Assembly (NCBI RefSeq): GCF_016433145.1
Contig: NC_058130.1
Coordinates: 647,196,120-647,259,925, forward strand
Source of the DNA: Gracilinanus agilis
Lineage: Eukaryota
Length of the DNA stretch: 63,806 nucleotides
Direction: 5' to 3'
The notes beneath the pieces are model-generated. The model saw only the letters and a list, made by a program, of their open reading frames with translations, searched no databases and was not told the origin of the DNA. Positions within the stretch are counted from its first letter, which is position 1, and every line of letters starts with the position of its first letter. Positions 43,480 to 55,849 of this stretch are shown piece after piece. A program made the translations under genes and the position numbers.

Positions 43480-44580
43480 AAAAGAAAGGAAAATACATTA
43501 TAAATATAAAAATGGGGGAAAATGAAATTACTATAAATTATTTCACACAATTATGTACCAATAACACTTACAAATTAAATTCAGGCATATTTAATAACAG
43601 ATTACTAGAAAAAGTAGAGAAGTAAATAATCCAGTATCAGAAAAAAAAATTAGATGTCATAAAAGAATTCCTAAATTTAATAAAAAGTTAGAATCAGGAT
43701 CAAATGGATTTGCAAGTAAATTCTACCAAATTAAAAGAATAGGTAATTCAAATATTATATGTTGTTTCCAATAATGGAAAATGAAGGAATTCTACTAAAT
43801 TCTCTTTAGTAAGTAAATATAGTCCTGATACCTAATCAGAGGGAGGTAAAGAAAAACATACATCAATATTGGAAGAATATTAATGCCAAAATATTAGCAA
43901 AGAGACTAGAGTAACATATTTTTGAAATATGCACTACCCACAGGTTGAATTTATGCAATGCATTATGAAAATTATGTGATTTTGACAATATATTCAGAAC
44001 AAGCTTTTGAAAAATGCAATCCTTCTCTATGAGATATATGCATATACGTGGGGAAAAATATCTTTGTAAAAAATGTCTCTGATAAAGGATTCTCATCCAA
44101 GACAAATGGCAAATTGACACAAATATATTTTTAAAAAGCCCTTCCCTAAGTGGTAAAACATACGAAAGGGAAGTTATCAAAACATGAAAGACAAAGATAT
44201 CAAAAAACTAATGAAAAAAGTCTTCCAGATCACTGATGATAAGAGCATTGCAAATGAAAACACCTTTAAGGTTTTGCATCAAACCCATTAAACTGGCAAA
44301 GGACATGTACACAGAGCACTGTCAGTGGAACTATGAATTAGTCTATTCATTCTAGAAAATAATTTGGAACCAAATCCCAAACTAAAACAGTATACTGTTT
44401 CATCTAGTAATATTTTCACAAGCAATTCAATATTTATAACATATTGAATTGCTTGTCAGTTCCAAGAGAGGGGGAAAGAAGAAGGAAAGGAGGCAATTTG
44501 AATCATATAACTTTGGAAAACTATAGTAACTTATATATGAATTTGTCATTAAAAATAAAATAAAGATAAAAATAAAAGAA
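43480..44580 (+). mobile_element. Highly degraded L1 (pieces of ORF2 RT region, C-terminus and 3' UTR with large internal deletions)
   Basis: aaattctaccaaat, gaaggaattctactaaattc, cctgatacctaa, gccaaaatatt, tctgataaagg motifs; A-rich tail at ~44545-44580. Confidence 0.65.
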
Positions 44581-45103
44581 TATAACATTGGATAAACAGG
44601 CAGAGAGCTTGTTAATATGTGTCACAAATTCTATTTCATTATCTTTCCCCCCCAAAAAAGCTAGCTTCCTTCTTCTGAATTTGGGGGAGCCAGCAGCTGA
44701 TAGATTTCTGGGCATGAAGTCAGAAAGGCTTGAGTTCAAATATGAGAACAAATTTGAGACTTACTAGCTGTGTGATTCTGGACAAGTCCCCTGATATGTA
44801 CCTCTATCTTCTCATCTGTAAAGTATAATACTTACCTCCCAGGGTTGTTGTGAGTAACAAATGAGATAATATTTGTAAATTGCTTAGCACAGAGCCTGGA
44901 ATTTAGCATTCTTTATGTAAATGTTAGCTATTATTATGACCATCATCATCATTGCCATCATCATCAACGTTATTTCTGTAGAAGGCAACGCTATTAATTC
45001 AGACTCACTGTTCCTTATTCCATCTATCTAATCAATTTTATTCCAGACTCACTGTTCTTTATTCCACATATCTGATCAGTTGCTAAATCTTGTTTCTATC
45101 TTC

Positions 45104-45770
45104 TGTGAAGATGGGATTAACTCTCCCCTGTCCATTTTTAGATTTAATCACCAGAAGTGTATACACCCCACTTATCTTTAAGTAGGGGGATGTCAATGAC
45201 CCACGTGTGTGATAGTGGGAGTAGAATCAGAATTGACTGACTGCCCCCTGGGCAGTCCTTAGCAAAGCTATAGCTGCAATTGGTCCACCTAAAGTGGAAG
45301 GAAGGCACAGGAAGGGATAAAAGGAAGGGTCTTTAAAAGTGGCAAGAACTTCCTGTGATGAGCTCTTTCACCTTCAAACTTGGCCTTGTAGGAGCTCGGG
45401 CTTGGGACCTCAGGCTGCTCTTCCATTTTTCCCTTAGAACTACCATGTAGGTGAGTGAAAAAGGCTGACTCATTTTCCTGGTTTTTCTGAGAGGTACTAG
45501 CCTCTGGAGAGGCCCCTAGTATTGGAGGAGGCCTCATGGCTAAAACCCTCTTTTAATTGACCCCTAGGCCCTCTGGCTGGGGCTTCTGGAGCAAATAGTC
45601 TAGCTCATTAAGCTAGATTTCTTACTCTGTCCTCTTTCTCATTTCTCTACTTTCACTCTTTCCCTCTATTTTATAATTGAATTGCTAAAATGTCATTCTA
45701 ACTTGAGTAATAATTATAGCCACTACTTTTCTCATAAATTTAGTCCAACCTTTCATTTTTAACCCTTGCA
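45104..45770 (+). mobile_element. Solo LTR (ERV1-type), 667 bp, with 4-bp TSD
   Basis: TGTGAAGATGG...AACCCTTGCA termini; TSD CTTC at 45100-45103 and 45771-45774; TATA-like TTTAAAA and internal donor-like GTAG|GTGAGT. Confidence 0.85.
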
Positions 45771-45899
45771 CTTCATAATATCTTTCTCATACTCAGTATC
45801 CTTCTATGTGTCAGATAATGTGCTAACCACATACAAAGATAAATATGTACCAGTCTCTGTCCTCAAAAGAATTCCCATTCTATTAGAGGAAGCAGGTAT

Positions 45900-45931
<32 letters not shown>

Positions 45932-48511
45932 GTACAAAACAGACATTTTTAAAAGTAGATATGAGAGGTTAGGAGGGGGGAAAAGGATGATTGTGTAGAA
46001 ACTTTCAATTGTTCTGAGATTTGAAAGAAAACAGGGATGTTAAGATGCTGTTAAGGAGACAGTAAATCAAGCATGAGGTTCATGCAAGGGCATAGAGGGT
46101 CTTAGGTGAGGAAGAGCTAAAAAACCAAATTTGTCTAGTCTTTTGAATGTGAGAAGGGAGGTAATATGTAATGTGGCTATACATTATATATGATATGTGT
46201 ATGTGTGTATACAGACATATATGTATATGTATGGATATACATATATACACACATGTGCTAAGAAATTGAAACTAGCTTACAAAGGACTTTGAAAAACAGA
46301 GAAGTTTACATTTTGATCCTAGAAGCAGCAGAGAAGTCACTAGAGATTATTGAATAGTAATGTCTCATGATTAATCCTTTGTTTTTTTTTGGAAAGTCAC
46401 TTTGGTAGCTGTGTAGAAAATGAATGAAATTGGGAAGAGATGAGTCAGGGAGACCAGTTAGAAGGCTATTTTGATCATTATAAAAACTCTCTGTTAAAGA
46501 AAAAAACTTCCATCATCACACTCCAGTTTTTTGTTTCTAAAACAAAATGAATTTGACCTCAAATCATTTTATTAACATACAGCTATTATTAACAGAAAAA
46601 TAAGATAATTTTTCAGAAAATGTTACAAATTCCAATGATTTCCAGGTTCTCTACTTGGTGATAGATAGAAAGATCAAACCTAATTAGATTAATTTATAAT
46701 AACTATTCCTCTCCTTTATTAAAACAAAGGACCCAGGGAAGGGGAATATAGGAAAAGGAAGAAATCAAATTTCGTCTCACAGTGAAAAATGATCTTAAAG
46801 GATTTTCAGTTCACTCATTAGGAAGATTACCACTAACAAATGCAATTTCTCAGAGAATTGTAGTGAATTTGGTCATAGACTCTGACAAATTATGTAGGGA
46901 TAAATGCCTTTCTCATGTTTGACTAGTTTTGCAGATGAAAATAGATAGGAATTGCTATTGAAAGTAGCACTGTAAGGTCCTATGTCCCTAAAATGTATTC
47001 ACAGAAGGGTCTTATTTCCCCAAAACCATTACTGAATTAGTCCCATTATGTCTAATATTGGAAAAATGCAGATTATTTTAAATCGAGTGAAATTTATTCT
47101 GGTGAAAACTTTCTTCCTATCATCCTTTATAAAGTCTCCAGTATGTTTCTTTCCCATTATTTTCTATTTTTCTGAATAGTTTCTTCTTGTGCAGTGATCT
47201 GATATTGAGATTTTTTTCCCGATTTTTCATGGTATACATTTTCTTCTTTCTTGCTTGTCTACTGTCTGTTTAATATGTTGGAATTTGATTTTATTTCTTT
47301 AGTCAAACATAGACTCAAAAAGCTCTATATGAGGATTGGATAAAGGAAGTAGGAAATTTAGCCCCATGAGGAGAAGACTAATTTAGTCTGGATATAAAGG
47401 AAAAGATTAGATGAAAATTTGTTTGGTATGTTTAAAAAAAGGAGTTTCTTATGCAAATGACTTTTGGTTGATTGGTTGCCACACTGTGATTCTATAACAT
47501 GATAATGATTCAGTGTGGTATTAACATTTCTTATGATAATGGTACTTTTTAAACTGTATAATAATTCTAAGTTTTTCTTGTAAATTAAGGTTTCAATTAA
47601 TCATCAAGTTTTTATGAAGTCTTTAGCTGGTGCCAAACCTTGTGATATCTCTAAATACTATAAATAAAAACAAATATCTACTGACAGCTTACATTCTAAG
47701 AAGAGAAAATAATAACAAGGAGCTGTGGCAATATCTAATCTAATACAACTAACTCATCTACCTACATACACATGTAATAAATTCTTCATATGAATATATA
47801 TACCCGTATGTATATAGGTATGAATGTACATCTCTATGAGTATACAGAAGAAATATTAAAAAAAACAACAAAGTAGTTTGATGGGGAGGGCATTAGCAAT
47901 TAAAAGGATCAGATGAGGCTTCATGTAGAAGTTGATACTTGAGCTATATTCTGAAGGGAGTGAGGAGTCTATGAAGCCAAGGGGGAGAGAATGAATCCCA
48001 GGCAAAAATGACACCTAGAACAAGTGCACAGAGGTAAGAGATGGACTCTCATAGGTGAGGAACAAGGAAAAGGTCATAATAGGAGGATTAATGTCTAACA
48101 CGCATGAATAGAGAGGCAGAGCCAGTTTTCCCTGGTATAGATACCAAGGATGGAATCGTACCTAGGCTTCAGTAGTTTGGCAGGCTTCTAGTATTAAAAT
48201 TTGATTTTTTTTCATCACATAAAATTTTAGAATCTCCTGCAAATGGTGCTTGAATTTATCTCCCCTAAAACATTCCCCAAAAGGACATCTTTGGGGTACA
48301 TGGATAGAATTTTGGATAGAGCACCAGGCCTGGAATCAGGAAAACCTGATTTTAAACACAGTTTCAGACATTATCTAGCCAAGAGATCCTAAACTATTCA
48401 TTTATCCTGTTTATTTCAGTTTCCTCACCTGTATAAAGGAAATAATAATAGTACCTCCCTTCTAAGGCTGTTGTGAGAATCAAATGAGATAAACAATTAC
48501 AAAGTGTTTAA

Positions 48512-51500
48512 CTTTCTCCTGGTTCTGCTCACTTTGCATCATTTCATATAAGTCTTTCCAGGTGTGTGTGTGTGTGTGTGTGAACATCTTATTTGTCATT
48601 TTTATGGTACAATAATGTTCTGTTACAAGCATATACCACAACTTGTTCAGCCATTCCCCAACTGACACATATCCCTTCAGTTTTCAGTTCTTTACCATCA
48701 CAAAAAGAGCTGTTATAAATATTTTTGTACAGAATGGCTTCTTTCCCCCTAGTTTTAATCTCTTTAAGACACAGACCAAGTAGTGGTATTGCTGCGACTA
48801 AGGGTATGTAATTTTATAACCCTTGGGGATGGCTCCAGATTGCTCTCCAGAACTGTTGTACAAGTTCACAATTCCACCAGCAGTGAATTATGTCCCAATT
48901 TTGCCACATCCCTACCAATATTTATGACTTTCCATTTTTGTTATGTTAGCCTGCCTGATGGATGTGAGTTGATACTTCAGAATTGTTTTAATTTGCATAG
49001 ATATCACCTCACACCCAGCAGATTGGCTAAAATGACAGCAGGGGAGAGTAATGAATGTTGGAGGGGATGTGGCAAAATTGGGACACTAATGCATTGCTGG
49101 TGGAGTTGTGAACTGATCCAACTATTCTGGATGGCAATTTGGAACTATGACCAAAGAGTGCTAAAAGAATGCCTGCCCTTTGATCCAGCCATACCATTGC
49201 TGAGTTTGTACCCCAAAGAGATCATGGGGGAAAAGACTTGTACAAAAATATTTATAGCTGCCCTCTTTGTGGTGGCAAAAAACTGGAAAACAAGGGTATG
49301 CCTGTCAATTGGGGAATGGCTGAACAAATTATGGTATCTGCTGGAAATGGAATACTATTATGCTCAAAGGAATAATAAACTGGAGGAATTCCATGTGAAC
49401 TGGAATGACCTCTAGGAATTGATGCAGAGTGAAAGGAGCAGAGCCAGAAGAACATTGTACACAGAGACTGATACACTGTGGTAAAATCGAATGTAATGGA
49501 CTTCTGTACTAGCAGCAATGCAATGATTCAGGACAATTCTGAGGGAGTTATGGAAAAGAACACTACCCACATTCAGAGGAAGAACTACAGGAGTGGAAAC
49601 ACAAAAGAAAAACAACTGCTTGAATATGGGTTGATGCAGACACGATTAGGATGTAGACTCTTAATGACCACCCTAGAACAATTATCAATAATATGGAAAT
49701 AGGTCTTGATCAATGACACAGGAAGAAACCAGTGGAAATGTGTGTCAGCTACTGGAGGGATGGGGGTTGGGGGGAAAGAGATCAAGAACATGAATCATGT
49801 AACCATGGAAAAAAATTTTTCTAAAAAATAAAAAATAATTTAAAAATAAAATAAAAATAAATTAATTTTAAAAACTAATTTGCATTTCTTTAATCAATAG
49901 GGATTTGAAGCATTTTTTCATATGACTAAAGACAGTTTTGATTTCATTTGAGAATTGCCTGTTCATATTCTTTGACCATTTGTCAGTTGAGAAATGCTTG
50001 CATTCTTATAAATTTGACTAAGTTTTCTATATATTTGAGACATGCTCTTGTCAGAGAGACTTGCTATCAAGATTTTTTCCCAATTCATTGTAAGATAGAT
50101 ATATCTAACTGAGTGTAGACATTATTTCTGTTTTTTACCAAGTTCAATGACAGCAGAGTTTAAACATTATTTACCACATCCTCATCTTTCCTTCTACTAT
50201 ATTGATTCTTACATGCCTCTTCATGTGAGATAATTTACCCCCCAAATTTCTTTTATCTTCTCTTTTTATAGTGTATTTCTTTTTATTATCCCTTGATTTT
50301 TTAAAAATATCATCCATCATGTTTAATTTACTTCCCAATCTGTCTATAAATGCTCCTATTCATTGCCCTAATAGTGACAAAATTCTTAAGTATTTTCAGT
50401 ACCATAAATATTCTGGTTATAGCTTTCTCATGCAATAAATGAAATCTATTTAGCTCCATTATTTACAGTAATTGCTCTAAGTATATTAACTACTTTAGGT
50501 GCTCTTCTACTATCAAAATCTTAAGTATCCTAGTTACCACTTTCCCATGCAGGGATATGATTAACTTTAACCTCACTGATTCCCTTGAGTTTTTTTCTGT
50601 TTACTTTTTATGCTTCTTTTGAGTGTTGATTCTGATTATTGAATTTTCTTATTAGCCTTGGTCATTTCATTAGGCATTGGTCAGTCATTAGGCATGACTG
50701 GAATTCCTCTGTTTCACTAAATATCCATTAAATATACTCAATTTAACTGGGTAATTGAGTTTTGGTTGTTGGCCTAAATCCTTTGCCTTACAGAATATCA
50801 TATTCCATGCCTTTCAGTCTTTTAATGTACAAGTTACTAGGTCTTGTGTAGTCATGATGTGGATCAACAATAATTGATTGTTTCTGGCTGTTTGTAGTAT
50901 TTCCTCCTTGGCTTAGGAGCTATAGAATTTAGCTATAATTGTACTGAGATTTTTAAGTTCAGGATTCTTTTAATTTCTATTGTTTCTTCTTGTTAAAGAA
51001 CATCAGGGAAATTTTCCCTGATATTTTCTTTGAATATGGTGTCCAGATCCTTATTCTGATCATGGTTTTCAGGCAATAGAATGCTTCTTAGATTATCTCT
51101 CTTGGCTCTATTTTCAAGATCAATTGTTTTTCCAGTGAGAGACTACTAATTTTCTTCTCTTTTTTGATTCTTTTGAATTTGTTTTATTGTTTTCTGCTGT
51201 CTCATGAACTTGTTAGTTTCCATTTGTCCAATATTAACTTTTAGGGAGCCATTTTCTTCTTTGAGACTATGTACTTCTTTTCTTAAGGAATTATTTTCCT
51301 GTTTGAGGTATTGTATTTCCTTTTTTCTTAGGAAATTGTTTTATTCAATAAGTTTTTTTTTCTAAGCTGTTGATTTTTTCTACCATTTTCTTTTTAAACT
51401 TTTCTTCTAAGTTTCTTTTATTTATTTTTCTGTCCTTTTTTATCTCTTCAAGGGGTTCATTTTGAATCTGAGATCCTTTCATATTTTCCTTTGAAGCTTC

Positions 51501-52110
51501 ACATGTTTTTTTTTTGTATTGACCTCTTTTGAGCTTCTATTTTGGTCATCTCTCTTACTGAGATGTTTTTCTAGTGTCAAATGTTTTCTCTCTTTTGCTT
51601 ATTTAGAGATTATTTTCCCCTTGATTTTGTCTATATTCTGAAGCTTAGTTTCATTCCTGGAATAGGTGGAGTACTGTCCATGACTTGTATTGTACCTGGG
51701 ATCAGCTCGGTTGTCATAGTCTCAGAATGAGCACTCTGCAGAGGCAACCTGATTGGCCTGCTCTGTGGAGGCTTATAGCTTTTCAGTTCAGTTGGTTTGA
51801 ATTGAGTTCTATCTAATCATACTGAATCTTGACCATTTGGGGGCTGAGTTACTCCCACTTCTGCCTGTGCTGGGTTACACTGGATCTCTGTTACAGCTGA
51901 GCTATTGCTTGTTCTATATTACATTGGTTTCTGTCTTACCCTACTGAGGCAGGACTGAGCTGGCTGTGCTCTTTACCCTATTGCTTGAGCTATATCACAT
52001 CTGAGTTCTGCTGAGGCTCGTTCAACACTCTTTCCTTGTACCCCAGTAAGATGAGTCCTCCTTGCTGTTTCTCCACATTGTTCTGAGCTTGAGCATTGGT
52101 TCAAGATGGG
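48512..52110 (-). mobile_element. Older L1 with large internal deletion (ORF2 C-terminus at 48512-50095, ORF1/5' region at ~50100-52110), interrupted by a young L1
   Basis: Minus strand encodes ORF2-like EMQIKTILKYQL and ORF1-like DLENRAKRDNLR...DLDTIF (around 51000-51140). Confidence 0.75.
48999..49875 (+). mobile_element. Young 5'-truncated L1 with 10-bp TSD
   Basis: TSD TAATTTGCAT at 48989-48998 and 49876-49885; open ORF2 C-terminus RYHLTPSRLAKM...CWRGCGKIGTLMHCWWSCEL...; A-rich tail 49810-49875. Confidence 0.93.
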
Positions 52111-53329
52111 AGTATGGGAAATGGAAGCTAAGACTAACAATTATTTTGATCACATTGCCTATCAACTAATAATTTAGCTTTCAGTTTAAAGAGAAACAAG
52201 TACAGACAATTCATATTTTTGTTCTTCCCCAAATCTGGCTTTTATCTTTTATGAATAGCAATGAACATATATATATTAGTTACCTTAAATGCATATCATT
52301 TATGCTTATGGATTCTTTGGATTGTCCACATTAATGACTCAACTTTAAACTGATTTATAAACATGTAAGAATAAAATGTCATCATTCATTTGTCATCTGG
52401 CAGTAAACTGTCAGCATCAGTTTCTCAACTAAAATAGAATATCTCTGTACAGATTTACATTAAGGTTTATAATAAAATCAGATAAATACCATTGGGACTT
52501 GTTAGGAAAATGTGATGCTTAAAAATCACCCCATTAATGCTACAATGAGAACTTGAGGTTAAATCTTAAAGCCATTTGGAAAATTCAGGAGAATCTGGTC
52601 CTGGAAACAGAAACCTATTGCCCATTCTCTCTGCTTAATGTATCAATAAAAATTATATCAACCCATAAAAGGAAAGGAAGCTAGAGTGACAGAAGAAAAC
52701 AGAAAACCACATAGGGATTAAAAGTTAACCATGAAATCATTTGTAGTTACATCTTTGTTACTTTAAACAAAGTCATAAATATTTGTTCTATAGAGAAACT
52801 CTTTTGTCAGTTTCCAAAGGGAACTTGACAACTATGTTATGACAACAGACATGCTAGTACTTTTTGATTAATTACAAAAGGTGGTCAAAACTTTAAGTCT
52901 CCAATTGCTTAAAAGCAAACAAATCAAAACCTAAAGTCAACCCTATGTACCTTTCAGTTCCCCATTATCTTTTTAAATGAGTATCATTTCCTGGTAAAGG
53001 AGAAAAAATTCATTATGTATTCCTATCCATTTTGTAATCTTTCAACCTATAAATGTCTTCTATTCAGGCAGACTTGACAGTTACTTTCTCCACATTCATC
53101 TTATTGTTATTTCCCTGATCCCCCAAAGCAGGATATCTGTTGCCAACGCCTTGAGTACTTGTTTTTGCAACCTCCCAAACACCCTATGCATTCCTTTATG
53201 TGAAACCTGTTGGCGATTAATTCCACCAGGGAAGTAGAGACTTATTAATTCAAACTTCCTTAAACTGATTTTGATAATGCTTAGTGACACAGAGAGAAGC
53301 TATGTGAAAGCACCCTATGCCAGACACTA

Positions 53330-54000
53330 GAGAATCACAGATCATCAGAAATGGAAGGGACTTTAAAGACAAACAGAAACTATATCAGAACCAAAAAAAA
53401 AAAAAAGTCCTTGACAACAATCCAACAAGGGACCATCTGGTCTGTCCTTGAAGACCGCAGAGGAGGTTGAAGCCACTACTTCCTGAGGTAGCCCACTCAG
53501 TTTTTAGGTAATTCTAATTGTTAGGAAAATTTTTCCTAAATGAAACCTCTTTGCTAATTCTACCTATTATTCCAACATCTGCCTTCTGAGGCAGATAACA
53601 AATTTAATTCTTGAACATGGCAGCACTTCGAGTCTTTGGACATCACTCTCATCTCTTCCCAAGATCTTCTATCCAGGATAAACATTCTCAGCTTATTCAA
53701 TTGAATCCCGTATGAAAAGCCAAAGCCCTTCATTATTCTGGTTACCCTTTCTTCAGCTTTTCAATGCCTGCCTAAAATGTGGCATTCATAACTGAACATA
53801 AAACTCCAAATTAAGTGTAAAACTCTGACCAGTACAGAATACAGTAGGACTTTTTCTTGGAGGAAATGTTTCTCTAACTCAGCCCAAATTACATTCATGT
53901 TTTCTGACTGCTTGGCATACTGTAAAATTCCCATTGAGATTAACATCTGATAAATCCCCTTGAGGTTCTTCAGAATCTAGTCAGATGTTATTTGTGAAAT
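53330..54000 (-). mobile_element. L3/CR1 remnant
   Basis: ggaagggactttaaagac...gtccttgaagacc...ctacttcctgaggtagccc...ttccaagatcttctatcc...aaaatgtggc: reverse complement of the CR1 3' region. Confidence 0.6.
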
Positions 54001-54879
54001 GGATTTCTTGAGCCCAAGTTTAAAACTTTGACAGTCTTAAATCTGAGTCCAAAGTAGACTAGGAATGCCCTGAATCTGAGGTGTCTCATTTTCCCTACCT
54101 GCACCTGAATCAGTTACATTTTGGAAGCTTTGCATTTCTTGTAAGCAACATAATGTATTCAGATACCCAATCTATACTGTTACCTTTCTCTGTTTTATAG
54201 AGATGCCAGAATGGCATCTAATGAAAATTCACTAATGATTACATTTGTGAGTCAGATGGTAGTCGCCATAGAAGGTGGTAGTAGATAAGAAGATAAATCC
54301 TAACATACTAACTAAAATTCCCAAGGATCCACATCTCTCAACCTCACCCAAATATACACCAGCTTAGGAAGCCATATTCCAAGGGACTAACATTTATTGA
54401 AATGTGATCTTACAACTACTTTTGCAAGTATTGTAATTCCACCAAAGTAATAGCTAATGAAGGCTTAGAAAAGAAAATTCTTCACCAAAATACATGACAC
54501 TATGAAATGGTTCAATATTAGAAATATTGATGTTGTTTTACCTTTGGAAATGATATCAAAGATGAATGAATATCTGCTTTGTCATTGCACCCTAAGGACC
54601 ACAGAATCTATCTGACATGTGGCTGAAAACCATATGTGCGTATATGTGTGAGAATTCTGATGATTAAAGAATAATCTCCTTATGAATGGGATTATCTTGA
54701 TTTTCTTTATATATCCAAGCATTTCAAACAATGCTTTGCACATAGTAAGGCCATAACTTCTGGGGAAATAAGGATGAAACCCCATTCTGGAATAATTACT
54801 TATTTAATTAAAATCGCTATCAATATGTCTATTATATTATGTTAAGAAAGTGTGGAAAATTCATTGGTGAGTTACAAAG

Positions 54880-55800
54880 TCAAGATGACAGAGGAGCAGT
54901 AGGAAGTACAGATTGGAAGATGACACAAGAATTAGGGGGGAAGCTAAAAAGTGATACTAAAAACACGAGAGTGGGAAAATGGGAGGAAAAAGAGGCTATG
55001 GAAGAATGAAATGAAAATAGAATTAAGAGCTTAGAATGGAAGATATAAAACCTTATAAAAAACAACTCTGTGACAATTAGAATTGACCAAATAGGAGTTA
55101 ATGATGCTATGAGATATCAAGAAATAATTAATAAAGACAAAAGACTGAAAAAATAGAAAAAAATGTAAAATATCTTACAGAAAAAGAAAACAATTGACAT
55201 GAAAAACTGATCAAGGAGAGATAATTAAAGAATAATTGGACTACTTGTCATAACAATCCTCCCCCAAAAGAGTTAGATATGCCATTTTAAGAAATCTTCA
55301 AAGAAAAATGCCTAGATCTCTTTGAACAATGAAAGAACAAAAGTAGGAACTGAGAGAATCTATCAGTTCCTGCCTTAAAGAAATTCCAAAATTAAAACTC
55401 CAGGTTCCAGTAAAAAAATATTGCAATTAGTCAGAAACAAACAATTCAAGTACTGAAGAACCAACGGGAATAACACAATTAAGGGAGAACCACTATAAAA
55501 GACAAGATCTTGGAATTTTATATTTAAAAGGTAAAATATTTAGACTACAACCAATTTCATTTCCCCCACTAAAACAGTATTACTTTATTTGGGGAATACT
55601 GAGCCTATAATTTAAAAAGAGGACTTCTAAGCATTCTTGATTAAAAGACCAGATCTCAAAAGAAAAGTTAACATGTAAACACAGTAGTCAAGAAAAGTAT
55701 CAAATGGTAAACATGAGTGAGTAATTATAATGGATGAAATGACATTAAAAAAGTTAAGTATGGGCAAGAGTTTTGTAGTAATGAGAGGGGAATCAAAATA
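54880..55800 (+). mobile_element. Degraded L1 5'/ORF1 region
   Basis: attgacatgaaaaactgatcaaggagagataattaaagaataattggacta ~ ORF1 DLENRSRRDNLRIIGL; aaagaaaaatgcctagatctc ~ ENCPDL. Confidence 0.65.
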
Positions 55801-55849
55801 GCTATATCCTTTATTCCTGTACTTTACAATGTTTTAACCAAATATTTTA

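Noticed and set aside
48783-49415. 210-aa ORF
   Set aside because: Chance fusion of antisense old L1 with the ORF2 C-terminus of the young L1; no promoter or splice evidence, ends at a premature stop.
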